Origin: Bacteriovoracia bacterium
GTDB lineage: Bacteria > Bdellovibrionota > UBA1018 > CAIPTA01
Length of the DNA: 64,000 nt
Direction: 5' to 3'
NCBI GenBank assembly: GCA_050246755.1
Contig: JBFWVL010000001.1
Location: 1,504,001-1,568,000 of the forward strand
The position numbers and the translations under genes are program-made. The notes under the pieces are model-generated. The model was given only the letters and a program-made list of their open reading frames with translations, ran no database searches and was not told where the DNA came from. Each line of letters starts with the position of its first letter. The first letter of the stretch is position 1. Shown in pieces: positions 9,542-19,294 of this stretch.

Positions 9542-11032
9542 GTGTTTGGCAAGGAAAAGGCGAGAGTGGCCGGGAGGACAGGAATCGCCGATTGCTTTTC
9601 GGTATTTTCTTGGCCCGGCGTGCTTCTGTTTCTCAGTTTTTTGCTTCTCATTTATCTGAATGCCGAGGGTTTTTCGCTCTGGTATTTTGGCGAAGATTTT
9701 GGCTGGATGCAGTGGACTAGCGGTCGGGACTTTGCGGCCGTGATGAGCCCCCCCCCGGCTTCGTACTATCGTCCGCTCGCGGCCAATATCCCTTATTTTT
9801 TCTTTGGCCGGATGGAGAATGGAATTTTTTGGTGGAGGGCGTTTTCTTTTTTTATGGTTTGCTTCACGGGTTTCTTGTTCTGGAAATGGACCCGGGAACT
9901 GGCCGGCAACTCATGGGTGGCGTTAGCCCTTACTTGCGTTTGGCTCTTTAATCCCTCTCAGGCCTACGGGATGATCTACCTGAACGCGCTGGATTATATT
10001 CTTACGCTATTTTTTCTCGTGGCCGTATTGCGCGCGCTTCAACTGAGAAAATTTGGGCTGGCCTATGGAGTATTTTTTGCCGCGCTTTTCGCTAAAGAAT
10101 TACTATTGGGAATCCCCACTTTCTTCTTTCTCTGGCGCCGCCGATATAAAATCCCATTTCGCTGGCTGGTACTATCGGGTCTTACCACCGCCGCCTTAAT
10201 GCTGGTTTTGAAAGGATATTCTCTCAAGGCGGCCACCGTGGGTGGTTTCGAGGTGGTAACCGCCGCCAATGGATTTTGGCAGCACGTAACTTACTTGATT
10301 CGTGATGCCTTTTGGGGTTTTGGGGGAATGAAAGGCGTAGCGCTTTGGTTTCCGCTCGCGTGGCTTACCGTGGGGATTTGTTTTTTCGCGAAATGGTGGA
10401 AGGGCAGGAGGGAGCCTACGTACCTTTTACATTTAGCCGCCCTGATTATTTTTTTCGCTCCCTTAACCTTATTGCGGCAGGTGATTTCCGAAGATCTGGG
10501 GCCGATTTATTGGATTTTTCTCTTTGGCGCCGCCGCTTCCGCGATGGGAACCGTTCCCGAATCGATTTTACCCAAAGCAAAGACCGTATTTTCTTTGCTG
10601 CTCGTTTTTTGTGCCTGGGCTTATTCTTTTGGGGCCGATGGCTACCGGCAACGCTACGTGGGAATGAGCGAAAATTATTATCAGATCGTGCAGAAGACCA
10701 TCCCCTTGCTTTCAGGCTGCGGAAGATTCGATCGTGTGCTGCTTTCAGGGCTGGAAAATGTTTTCACCTCAGAAATTTTTCAAGAATACGCGGCTCAAGG
10801 CCTGCGCGTGATGCAGCCCGAGGCGAAATTCTATATCTTGCAGTTGCCTGGGCCAAGGAGCCAAATTTCCATCCGCGATAATGCTTATCTCTGGGCGCAG
10901 GATTGGCAGGCGGAAGGGCATCCGCGGCTGAATTACCGGCGAAATGCCGATGGCAAAATTGCCGTGGAGTGGGCGCAGGGAAGCCCGCTCTGCCGTACCA
11001 GCGCGGAGTCCATGCCCCCCCGAAAGATCTAA
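9542..11032 (+). CDS. Polytopic membrane protein, putative GT-C glycosyltransferase (YRPL type), copy 2
   Basis: Paralogue of 5943..7445 (FSLWYFGEDF, YYRPL, FNPSQAYG, SEDLGP.YWIF, QAEGHP). GTG 9542 follows AGGAG and gives xxKEKA, as in copy 1. Confidence 0.7.
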   Translation: MFGKEKARVAGRTGIADCFSVFSWPGVLLFLSFLLLIYLNAEGFSLWYFGEDFGWMQWTSGRDFAAVMSPPPASYYRPLAANIPYFFFGRMENGIFWWRAFSFFMVCFTGFLFWKWTRELAGNSWVALALTCVWLFNPSQAYGMIYLNALDYILTLFFLVAVLRALQLRKFGLAYGVFFAALFAKELLLGIPTFFFLWRRRYKIPFRWLVLSGLTTAALMLVLKGYSLKAATVGGFEVVTAANGFWQHVTYLIRDAFWGFGGMKGVALWFPLAWLTVGICFFAKWWKGRREPTYLLHLAALIIFFAPLTLLRQVISEDLGPIYWIFLFGAAASAMGTVPESILPKAKTVFSLLLVFCAWAYSFGADGYRQRYVGMSENYYQIVQKTIPLLSGCGRFDRVLLSGLENVFTSEIFQEYAAQGLRVMQPEAKFYILQLPGPRSQISIRDNAYLWAQDWQAEGHPRLNYRRNADGKIAVEWAQGSPLCRTSAESMPPRKI

Positions 11033-12201
11033 ATAAGATCTAGGCGCCTTCCTTCTTCCTCGAGTACCGCACAAACATATTCTATATCTTCTTTTTCGAG
11101 TGCCGGGCCAGAGGGCAGGCAGATTCCGTGATCGAAGAGAAAAGGAGATTTTTCGTTTTGGTAAGAGAGTGAATTTTTATACATCGCATTTTCCGTAACG
11201 GCCGGAAATGCAGGCCGGATCCTTACGCCCCGGGCCTGAGTGGCGGAAGCCAGCGCACGCATTTCCGCGCGCGAGGCGGCACGCCTGGCGAGAGCGAGAT
11301 TATGCCAAGCCGGATAGGTCATTTCGGCGGCGAATAGCTTCCATGAGCGAAGAAGGGTGCGGTAGTGGGTGCGGATATTTGATTTCTTTTCGAGGATCTC
11401 CGCGATTCTTTTAAATTGCCCCACGCCGATCGCCGCCGAAACATTGGGCATCTGAAAGTTATAGGCCGCTTCACCATAGTAGAAGTCGAAATCATCGCAA
11501 CGGGACTGGGCCAAAAGCTTGCGCGCCCTGGCGGCCCAGGCCGGATTTTTAATGAGAAGAAGGCCGCCGGCGCCAGTAGTGATCGTTTTATTTCCATTGA
11601 GGCTGAATATGGAAAGGTCGCCAAAGGTGCCGAGCAGAGAATTGCCGAGCCTCACGCCCATGCCTTGGGAAGAATCTTCGAATAGGAATAATTTTCTTTC
11701 TTGGAAAAATTCGGCGATGGCCGAGAGGCGAGGGCAGGTTAGCCCGTATGGCTGATTGTAAATCATGCCCTGGATGCGGGCGCCGGTTTTTCGGAGGCGG
11801 AAATCCGGACCAATTTCCTTCTCGAAAAAGCTCTTGATTTGCTCGAAGGTAACCACGGGCATTTCCGGATTTTCCGGGCCGATAAAAATCGGCTCGGCGC
11901 CAAGGTGCCTTACGGCGTTTGCGCAGGCCACGAAACCATAGGACGGCACCAGCACGTGATCTCCAGCTTGAACCCCGGCCACGCGAAGGCCCAAAAGTAG
12001 GGCGGCGCTGCCGTTAGCGGTGGAGATGGGGCGTTCGGTGGACTGAAAAAACTCTTGGGCTAAATCCTCGAAGGCGTGCACCTTCGAGCCCCCACCCGAA
12101 AGCCAATTCGATGCCAGCGCCTCGGAAACTTCTTTTTTTTCCAGATCCGTGATCCAGGGATCGTGGATCCCAATTTGTCGCTGAGCGGTGGGTGTGGGCA
12201 A
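11029..12201 (-). CDS. DegT/DnrJ/EryC1/StrS sugar aminotransferase (LegC/Per-like)
   Basis: NGSAAL, EDSSQ, FSLNGNKTITTGAGG (PLP lysine), YNFQM, ICLPSG. The start is uncertain; TTG 12201 is chosen over the 12417 ORF, which overlaps the divergent amidase. Confidence 0.88.
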   Translation of the reverse strand: MPTPTAQRQIGIHDPWITDLEKKEVSEALASNWLSGGGSKVHAFEDLAQEFFQSTERPISTANGSAALLLGLRVAGVQAGDHVLVPSYGFVACANAVRHLGAEPIFIGPENPEMPVVTFEQIKSFFEKEIGPDFRLRKTGARIQGMIYNQPYGLTCPRLSAIAEFFQERKLFLFEDSSQGMGVRLGNSLLGTFGDLSIFSLNGNKTITTGAGGLLLIKNPAWAARARKLLAQSRCDDFDFYYGEAAYNFQMPNVSAAIGVGQFKRIAEILEKKSNIRTHYRTLLRSWKLFAAEMTYPAWHNLALARRAASRAEMRALASATQARGVRIRPAFPAVTENAMYKNSLSYQNEKSPFLFDHGICLPSGPALEKEDIEYVCAVLEEEGRRLDLI

Positions 12202-12343
12202 AATTTCGTCCGTTGCTTTGGGTTGCTGAGCTTGTTTTACCGTTCTCCTCTCTGCGGATGCAAGATTTCCGTTACCGTGTGGGGACGAAAGGCCTTTTTT
12301 AAACTTTTCTTGTGGCGCCGCGATATACTGAGCTGAACCATTC

Positions 12344-13711
12344 ATGTGTGAGGAACTAATAATGGTATTCGCTTTGCTGTTACTGTCCGTCCTGGCCCCG
12401 TTTTCGGCATTGGCCAACGAAAGTACTACCTATCTCGACCAAGCCTTGGCGCAGGAGATCGTGCCGCTGAATCCGGGCCGTGAGTCTCTATCCGCCGCAG
12501 AAATTTATCGGCGCACGCGCATCGTGCTCGATTCCTTTTCCGTCCCCCGCGAACCCGACTATCAGGGCGAATTAAACGGGTTTCGCTTCACTACTTCCGC
12601 GAGCCAATTTCCCGCGATGCTTAAGGCTTTGGATCCCGCCCAGCAGGTTTCCCGTTTTTTCGACGTAGCTCCTAGCCATTTGGCCAGTTATGAGGACCGT
12701 GATGCCAAGCGAGTAACGGAATATCGTTTCGGCGCGGCGGCCAGCGTCAGCGCGCCGAAGAGACTTTCGCTTCGGGGCCTCCGCGTGGCTCTGGATCCTG
12801 GTCATATGGGGGGAGATCTATGGGATGAGCGCACCGGAAAGTTTGTGCGAAACTCATCCGGCGTGAAAGTAAGCGAAGGAGTGATTAACCTGCAGACCAC
12901 TCTCCTGGTGGAGCAAAAATTGCGTGCCCTAGGCGCCGAAGTGATGATCACGCATCGCGGGCTAGGCCCCGTATCGAAGCTGCCCTATGAGCAGCTGAAC
13001 GTGAAAGAGTACGGTAAAAACGAGCTGAGGGCCCGTTCTCTCGAGGATTGGTTTCAATCTTTGTTGGCTTCCACCGAAGAATCTAAGCTGGGAAGCGCTT
13101 TTAAGAATTCCAGCGCCGTAAAGAAAATTTTCGCTGAAAGAGCCCGTGGCGACTATTACGCGCATCGCGAAGATCTTTCGGCCCGTGCGCAAGCCATCGC
13201 GGCCTTCAACCCCGATCTCACGATCGTGGTGCACTTCGACTCGGATAGTTTGTCGCCTACGCCGAAGATGCCCAATATCACCCGGGCCTATGTGCCGGGT
13301 TCGTTCGGCAAAATGGAATTCGCTACGGGCGAATCGCGGGCACGCTTTCTGGCGCATCTTGGCCAAGGAGAGCAATGGTACCGGTCGGTTAGCCTCAGCA
13401 AGTTTATCATCAATCAAATTAGCAGCGACCTAAATGTGCCAATGCCCAAGACCGACACGAGTGGCTCTACCCCGATTTTTCCGGGCGTGTTTGCGCGAAA
13501 CTTAGCCCTCACGCGCCAAATTACGCATGCGCCGATCACCTATTTGGAGTGCCTTAGCTACGGAAACGACGCGGAGTTCAAGCGGCTCAGCCAAAAAGAC
13601 GGCGGAACCCTGATGATCGATGGCAAAGCCGTGCCTTATTCCAGTCGGCTCGATAGCCTGGCGCGTGCGATCACCCAGGGCGTGGTGAAGTACGTGGATT
13701 CTACGAACTAG
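12344..13711 (+). CDS. Secreted N-acetylmuramoyl-L-alanine amidase (Amidase_3)
   Basis: Signal peptide (..PFSALA); Zn-ligand motifs LDPGHMGG, SEG and VHFD, and catalytic E in YLEC. Confidence 0.85.
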   Translation: MCEELIMVFALLLLSVLAPFSALANESTTYLDQALAQEIVPLNPGRESLSAAEIYRRTRIVLDSFSVPREPDYQGELNGFRFTTSASQFPAMLKALDPAQQVSRFFDVAPSHLASYEDRDAKRVTEYRFGAAASVSAPKRLSLRGLRVALDPGHMGGDLWDERTGKFVRNSSGVKVSEGVINLQTTLLVEQKLRALGAEVMITHRGLGPVSKLPYEQLNVKEYGKNELRARSLEDWFQSLLASTEESKLGSAFKNSSAVKKIFAERARGDYYAHREDLSARAQAIAAFNPDLTIVVHFDSDSLSPTPKMPNITRAYVPGSFGKMEFATGESRARFLAHLGQGEQWYRSVSLSKFIINQISSDLNVPMPKTDTSGSTPIFPGVFARNLALTRQITHAPITYLECLSYGNDAEFKRLSQKDGGTLMIDGKAVPYSSRLDSLARAITQGVVKYVDSTN

Positions 13712-13722
13712 GCGATTGCCGA

Positions 13723-14181
13723 TCAGCTTATTTTTCTTCGGCGAACCTCTTCCAGGGATTGCTGTCGCTCATATACCTGCGAGAGGGCGTAGAGCTCCTC
13801 CGAAAGAAGCCGGATCACGTCTTCGATCGCCACGATGGCGTCTAGCTCTCCATTTTCATTCACGAGGGGGATGCGCTTCACTCCGTATTCGCGCATAAGA
13901 GAAATTACATGGTTAAGCGTATCGTCGCTTCGGGCGGTGATCAGGGTTTTCGTCATCACGTCTTCCACGCGGAAGTCGAAAGGCGAGATGCGCAAGGCGG
14001 TGGTAGACATCACGATATCGCGGTCGGTGAGGATGCCAATCGGAATGATCTTGCCCTCGCTGCGGTCGATTACGACCACATCGCCCAGGTGAGATTCCCG
14101 CATGAAGCGGGCGGCATCGCCGACACTCGTATCCCGGTAGACAGTGGCCACTTTTCGTTTGCCGATTTTACGCAAATCCAT
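13723..14181 (-). CDS. CBS domain pair protein
   Basis: GDVVVID..PIGILTDRDIV and GVKRIPLV; AAGGAG RBS before ATG 14181. Confidence 0.9.
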   Translation of the reverse strand: MDLRKIGKRKVATVYRDTSVGDAARFMRESHLGDVVVIDRSEGKIIPIGILTDRDIVMSTTALRISPFDFRVEDVMTKTLITARSDDTLNHVISLMREYGVKRIPLVNENGELDAIVAIEDVIRLLSEELYALSQVYERQQSLEEVRRRKIS

Positions 14182-14201
14182 GATTTCTCCTTTCGATTTA
14201 C

Positions 14202-14420
14202 CTAGGCCACTTTCTTGGGCTCGGTGTGGGGACGGCGACCGAAAAGGCGCGAAAAAAAGCTCGCTCCTTCGTGAATATAGGTGCTGTCTACCTCGGGGGG
14301 GCTTACGCGGATAGGCGAAACAAAGATATCTTCGAAGGAACAATCGGGATCGCAGGGCGGCTTCGGGGGGGCGCCATTTCCGGTGATATTTTTTTCTTGG
14401 CTGCTTTCGGTTTTTTTCAT
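14202..14420 (-). CDS. Small hypothetical protein
   Basis: 72 aa (MKKTESSQEK...) with a GGAG RBS, co-oriented just upstream of the CBS gene. Confidence 0.5.
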   Translation of the reverse strand: MKKTESSQEKNITGNGAPPKPPCDPDCSFEDIFVSPIRVSPPEVDSTYIHEGASFFSRLFGRRPHTEPKKVA

Positions 14421-14512
14421 TTTTTCTCCAAAGGTAAATTTAACAAATCTTAGGGTGATGGGCCTCGGCATTGTTGCCTCGGTGAAAGAATGGGCAGATA
14501 ATTCAGGTATTC

Positions 14513-17401
14513 ATGAAAACAGGGGAACCAAAAAATTTTAGCGGACTCGAGAACGCCCTACGGCGTGATCTTAAAGGCGAAGTACGCTTCGATGCTTCCG
14601 CAAAAGCGCTTTACTCAACCGATGCTTCTAATTACCGGCAGATTCCCATTGGGGTGGTCTGCCCGAGAAATAGCGTAGAGGTCGCCCGCACCGTGGATCT
14701 CTGCCGCACGCACGATGCGCCGATTTTATCCCGGGGCGGCGGCACGAGTCTCGCGGGCCAGTGCTGCAATGAAGCCGTGGTGATGGATATGTCGCGGCAC
14801 TTTAATAAAATTCTCTCTCTCGATCCCGAGAAGCGCCTGGCACGCGTGCAGCCGGGAATCGTTTTGGATCGTCTTCGCGAGGCCGCCGAGCTGCACGATC
14901 TTACTTTCGGCCCGGACCCCGCTACGCATAGCCGCTGCACGCTCGGTGGCATGATCGGAAATAATTCCTGTGGTGTGCATTCCATTATGTCTGGGCGAAC
15001 CGTAGACAATGTGCGCTCGCTACGAGTGCTTACCTATGATGGTCTCGAGATGGAAGTGGGCAAAACCTCCCAGGAAGAGTTGGAGAAAATTCTGGCCGCC
15101 GGCGGCCGGAAAGCGGAAATTTACCGGCGCCTGCACGAGCTGCAAAAAAAATATGCCGATTTAATTCGTGCGCGCTTTCCTAATATTCCCCGTCGCGTTT
15201 CCGGCTATAACCTCGATGAGCTTTTGCCCGAGAATGGCTTTAACGTGGCGCGCGCCCTCGTGGGCACTGAGGGGACCTGCGTAACGATTCTTGAGGCCAC
15301 TCTGGATTTGATCCAGAGCCCCCAAAAAAGGGCGCTGCTCGTGATCGGCTTCGAGGATCTTTATTCCACGTGCAAGGCGGTTCCGGCCATTCTTGCCGAA
15401 GGGGTGATCGGCCTCGAGGGCTTCGACGAGTATCTGGTGCAGAACATGCGCTTAAAGAATCTCTATCCTGAAAATATTAAGATGTTGCCTCCCGGAAAGG
15501 CCTGGCTGCTGGCGGAGATCGGCGCCGATACCGAATTGGAAAAAACAGCGAAGGCGGAAAAGCTCGCGAACGCGGTTCGTCCGCTGGCCGGGGTATGCGA
15601 CGTGCGTATCGCGCTATCCAACTCCGACCAAGCGCGGATGTGGGAGGTGCGAGAGTCCAGCCTCGGGGCCACGGCCTTCGTGCCGGGGCGTCCTTCCGCC
15701 TGGGAAGGCTGGGAAGATTCCGCGGTACACCCCGAGCAGCTCGCCGATTACTTACGCGATCTTCGCGCGCTCATGGCCCGGTACGAATATTCGGGCCCGC
15801 TCTATGGGCATTTCGGTCACGGCTGTGTGCACATGCGCATTGACTTCGATTTTCATACCCAGCCCGGCGTTGAAAAATACCGAGCCTTCCTCGATGAGGC
15901 TGCCGATCTGGTGGTGAAATATGGCGGTTCGCTTTCCGGCGAGCACGGAGATGGGCAGGCGCGCGCCGCCTTGTTGCCAAAAATGTTTGGCGAAGAGTTG
16001 ATGGAGGCGTTTCGCGAATTCAAATCGATTTGGGACCCAGAAAATAAAATGAATCCGGGAAAGGTGGTGAACGCGTTCGGCCCCACGGAAAACCTGCGGC
16101 ACGGCCCGGATTTTTTCCCTTGGGAGCCAGCTACCAGATTCAAGTTTCCCCTCGACGGCGGCAGCCTGGCTCAGGCCAGCCTGCGCTGTGTGGGCGTGGG
16201 TAAATGCCGCCGCACCGAAGGGGGTGTGATGTGCCCGAGCTATATGGTCACCGGGGAAGAAGAGCATTCCACCCGTGGCCGGGCCCGCCTGCTTTTCGAA
16301 ATGATGCGTGGAGAAGTGATCGAGCCAAGTTGGAAAAGCGAAGAGGTGAAAGCCTCGCTGGACCTTTGTCTCGCTTGTAAGGGCTGCAAAACGGAATGCC
16401 CAGTGAGCGTAGACATGGCCACCTACAAGGCGGAGTTTCTTTCCCATTACTATGAAGGAAAATTGCGCCCGCGTTCGGCCTACGCCATGGGCTTGATCAT
16501 GGTTTGGAGCCGGTTTGCTTCGAAGGCGCCCTGGTTGGCCAATACATTTGTTACTCTGCCCGTGCTTTCGAGAATTTCTAAATATATCGCCGGTATTCAT
16601 CCGGACCGTGAGGTTCCGCGCTTTGCGAAAAAAACGTTCCGCAACTGGTTTGGAAAAAGAAAGGCGAGAGCGGCAATTGGCGGAAAGAAAGTAATTCTCT
16701 GGGCTGATACCCTGAATAATTATTTCCGTCCCGAGGTTAGCCGTGCCGCCGTGCAGGTTCTTGAAGCCGCCGGATTTTCCGTGTCGTTGCCGCGTAAGCA
16801 ACTTTGCTGCGGCCGCCCGCTCTATGATTTCGGTTTCGTGGATAAGGCGAAGCAACTGCTCGTGGAGGCGATGGCTGGCCTCGCCGAGGAAATCGCCTCC
16901 GGCACGCCGATTATCTTTCTCGAACCAAGCTGCGCCGCCGTTTTTCGCGACGAACTGCTAAATCTGTTTCCCGGCGATCCGATTGCGGAAAAACTGAGCG
17001 GACAGTGTTTGTTTCTGAGCGAGTTTTTGGCCGCGGAGGCGAAAGATTTTGCCTGGCCCCAAATCCAGGGCAAGGCGCTCGTGCAGGGGCACTGCCATCA
17101 TCGTGCGGTACTACGTTTCTCCGAAGAAGAAAAACTCTTGGCCAAGCTTGGCTTATCGGTAGAAGTTATGGATTCCGGCTGCTGCGGGATGGCGGGGTCT
17201 TTTGGCTTCGAGAGGGATCATTTTGGGGTTTCCCAAGCCGCCGGCGAGAGGAAATTATTTCCCCGAGTGAGAGAGAGCGAGGCCGGTTCCAAAGTAGTGG
17301 CCAACGGCTTTAGCTGCCGCGAACAAATAGAGCAAGGCACCGGCCGCAGGACGCAACATCTGGCGGAACTATTAGCCGAATCTATCTCTTCCCGTAAATA
17401 G
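14513..17401 (+). CDS. FAD-binding / 4Fe-4S oxidoreductase (YdiJ-like, GlcD-GlcF fusion; 2-hydroxyacid dehydrogenase family)
   Basis: RGGGTSLAGQ FAD site, GEHGDG, Fe-S motifs CVGVGKC and CLACKGCKTECP, and CCG domains (QLCCGRP, SGCCGMAGSFG). Confidence 0.92.
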   Translation: MKTGEPKNFSGLENALRRDLKGEVRFDASAKALYSTDASNYRQIPIGVVCPRNSVEVARTVDLCRTHDAPILSRGGGTSLAGQCCNEAVVMDMSRHFNKILSLDPEKRLARVQPGIVLDRLREAAELHDLTFGPDPATHSRCTLGGMIGNNSCGVHSIMSGRTVDNVRSLRVLTYDGLEMEVGKTSQEELEKILAAGGRKAEIYRRLHELQKKYADLIRARFPNIPRRVSGYNLDELLPENGFNVARALVGTEGTCVTILEATLDLIQSPQKRALLVIGFEDLYSTCKAVPAILAEGVIGLEGFDEYLVQNMRLKNLYPENIKMLPPGKAWLLAEIGADTELEKTAKAEKLANAVRPLAGVCDVRIALSNSDQARMWEVRESSLGATAFVPGRPSAWEGWEDSAVHPEQLADYLRDLRALMARYEYSGPLYGHFGHGCVHMRIDFDFHTQPGVEKYRAFLDEAADLVVKYGGSLSGEHGDGQARAALLPKMFGEELMEAFREFKSIWDPENKMNPGKVVNAFGPTENLRHGPDFFPWEPATRFKFPLDGGSLAQASLRCVGVGKCRRTEGGVMCPSYMVTGEEEHSTRGRARLLFEMMRGEVIEPSWKSEEVKASLDLCLACKGCKTECPVSVDMATYKAEFLSHYYEGKLRPRSAYAMGLIMVWSRFASKAPWLANTFVTLPVLSRISKYIAGIHPDREVPRFAKKTFRNWFGKRKARAAIGGKKVILWADTLNNYFRPEVSRAAVQVLEAAGFSVSLPRKQLCCGRPLYDFGFVDKAKQLLVEAMAGLAEEIASGTPIIFLEPSCAAVFRDELLNLFPGDPIAEKLSGQCLFLSEFLAAEAKDFAWPQIQGKALVQGHCHHRAVLRFSEEEKLLAKLGLSVEVMDSGCCGMAGSFGFERDHFGVSQAAGERKLFPRVRESEAGSKVVANGFSCREQIEQGTGRRTQHLAELLAESISSRK

Positions 17402-17412
17402 AGAGCCCGGCA

Positions 17413-18189
17413 CTATTTCAGGATGCGGGACCAGTTGCGCGAGCGGCGCAGCCCGCGTTTGTGCAGAAAGTAAGAAAATGTGGTGACCAGCACCTTCATC
17501 CCGTAGTCCCAGATATTTACGTAGTTTTCTTCGTCGCCGTAGTGAGTGGGGATAGGCATCTCCACGATTTTGAACTTCCGGTCCACGAAGAGAATGATGA
17601 TCTCGGTATCAAAATGATAATCCGAGGAGAATCGCTCGAATGGAATTTGCTCCAGCGCCTTCACGGAAAACACACGGTAGCCCGAGTGAAATTCGCTGAG
17701 CTTCGTGCCGAGAAAGAAATTTTGCAGGAAGGTGAGCGTGCGATTCCCAAGGAACCGAATGATCGGCATTCCGCCGGCCAGGGGATCACCGCGCATGCGA
17801 GACCCGAATACCATATCGGCCTCGCCGGAAACCACGGGCTTGATCAAGCTTTCGAGCAATTCCGGGGCGTATTGAGCATCTCCATGAAGCATGGCTACGC
17901 ATTGGTAGCCCTTATCGATGCAGCGCTGGTAGGCGATTTTTTGGCTGCCGCCGTACCCCATATTCTTCGCATTTTTAATCACGTCGAGGTTATGCAGGCC
18001 GTGCGCAGTTTTGTAATCCACCACCACCATGCTCGTATTGTCCCGGCTGTCGTTGTCGATCACGAAGATCTCGCCCACTTGGCTTTTCAGCGCCGCGGGG
18101 ATTCGGTCGAGTACCGTTACAATCGTGGAGGCGGCATTGAATGCCGGGATAAAAATCGCTACTTTTTCATTAGAAATCGGGTGAGCCAT
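17413..18189 (-). CDS. GT2 glycosyltransferase, polyprenol-phosphate glycosyltransferase (DPM1-like)
   Basis: FIPAFN, IDNDSRD, GYGGSQK, HGDAQY, GSR, FHSGYR, FDTEII. Confidence 0.9.
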   Translation of the reverse strand: MAHPISNEKVAIFIPAFNAASTIVTVLDRIPAALKSQVGEIFVIDNDSRDNTSMVVVDYKTAHGLHNLDVIKNAKNMGYGGSQKIAYQRCIDKGYQCVAMLHGDAQYAPELLESLIKPVVSGEADMVFGSRMRGDPLAGGMPIIRFLGNRTLTFLQNFFLGTKLSEFHSGYRVFSVKALEQIPFERFSSDYHFDTEIIILFVDRKFKIVEMPIPTHYGDEENYVNIWDYGMKVLVTTFSYFLHKRGLRRSRNWSRILK

Positions 18190-18283
18190 TATCTAGGAAT
18201 AGCTCACCAGCCTTATGGCCCACAAGGATGATTCTTGTTTAATGCGTCGCAAAATCAGAAGGGAATGCTAGAATTCTTTCGAG

Positions 18284-18991
18284 GTGAACAGAATGATTTT
18301 CCGGCAACTCTTCGATCCTGAAAGCTCTACCTATACTTACATTCTCGGTGATCCCCTCACCCAAGAAGCCCTGATTATTGATAGCGTGCGAGAGCAAGCG
18401 GAGAGGGACCTGCGTTTGCTAAGCGAGCTCGGGCTGAAGCTAAAATACATATTGGAAACCCACCTCCATGCAGACCATATCACCGGGGCCGATCTGCTCC
18501 GGTCCGCAACGGGAGCCAAGGTAGCCATTAGCCGGGCGGCGGGAGTACGTTGTGCCGATATCGCTCTGGAAGAGGGCACCGAGCTGAAGATCGGCACGAA
18601 GGTTTTACGGGCGATCGCGACCCCCGGACATACGAATACCTGCATGAGCTTCTTTATCGCGGGCATGGTTTTCACGGGCGATACCCTATTCGTGCGCGAC
18701 GTAGGCCGGACCGACTTCCAGGAGGGCTCGAATGAGAAAATGTTTGAGAGCGTAACGCGGAAGCTGTTCGCTCTGCCCGATGAAACGATGGTGTATCCCG
18801 CCCACGACTATAAGGGAAACCACGTGAGCACCATCGGCGAAGAGAAAGCGTTTAACCTGAAAGTGGGTGCCGGGAAAAAGCTGGAGGAGTTCGGCAGTTT
18901 GATGGCTTCCATGAGGCTGGCCCAGCCCAAAAAGATCCATATTGCGCTTCCCGCCAATCTGAATTGCGGAAAAGAAACCGCTGTTTCTTAG
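18284..18991 (+). CDS. Persulfide dioxygenase (ETHE1-like MBL fold)
   Basis: FRQLFD..SSTYTY, ETHLHADHITG, TPGHT, GRTDFQ, YPAHDY, C-terminal PANLNCG. Confidence 0.9.
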   Translation: MNRMIFRQLFDPESSTYTYILGDPLTQEALIIDSVREQAERDLRLLSELGLKLKYILETHLHADHITGADLLRSATGAKVAISRAAGVRCADIALEEGTELKIGTKVLRAIATPGHTNTCMSFFIAGMVFTGDTLFVRDVGRTDFQEGSNEKMFESVTRKLFALPDETMVYPAHDYKGNHVSTIGEEKAFNLKVGAGKKLEEFGSLMASMRLAQPKKIHIALPANLNCGKETAVS

Positions 18992-19059
18992 AGGATACTT
19001 GTACCCAAACGCGCCAGCAGCCGCTAAAATGGAAATTCAATTTAAGGAGGAATTTAATC

Positions 19060-19260
19060 ATGAAAGTATTAGTAGGATCTCTCGTTCTTTGTTTCGCCCT
19101 CGCCCTTTCTTCTTGCACCAAGAAGGAGGCACCGCCCGCCGATGCCCCCGCTGCCGGTGAGCAAGTAGAAGGCTCGAGCACCGCGCCTTCCGACGCTACT
19201 CCCGAAAACAGCCCGGAAGAAATGCAGAAAAAAGAGAATAACGGCAGCAAAACCGAATAA
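19060..19260 (+). CDS. Small lipoprotein with low-complexity tail
   Basis: AAGGAGG RBS; MKVLV..LALSS-C lipobox followed by a P/A/E/S-rich tail. Confidence 0.8.
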   Translation: MKVLVGSLVLCFALALSSCTKKEAPPADAPAAGEQVEGSSTAPSDATPENSPEEMQKKENNGSKTE

Positions 19261-19294
19261 GGTTTTCCGGTAAAAAAATAGAGATCGCGCTTGC

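Noticed and set aside
4232-12200. Integrated island at tRNA-Ser
   Set aside because: I found no duplicate of the tRNA-Ser 3' end and no integrase, and the tRNA keeps its terminator.
15752-18231. Long antisense ORFs (15752..16855 minus, 17461..18231 plus) and similar shadows over lepA, pyrB, metK and lon
   Set aside because: They lie opposite well-supported genes, have no recognisable motifs, and are expected from codon bias in GC-rich DNA.
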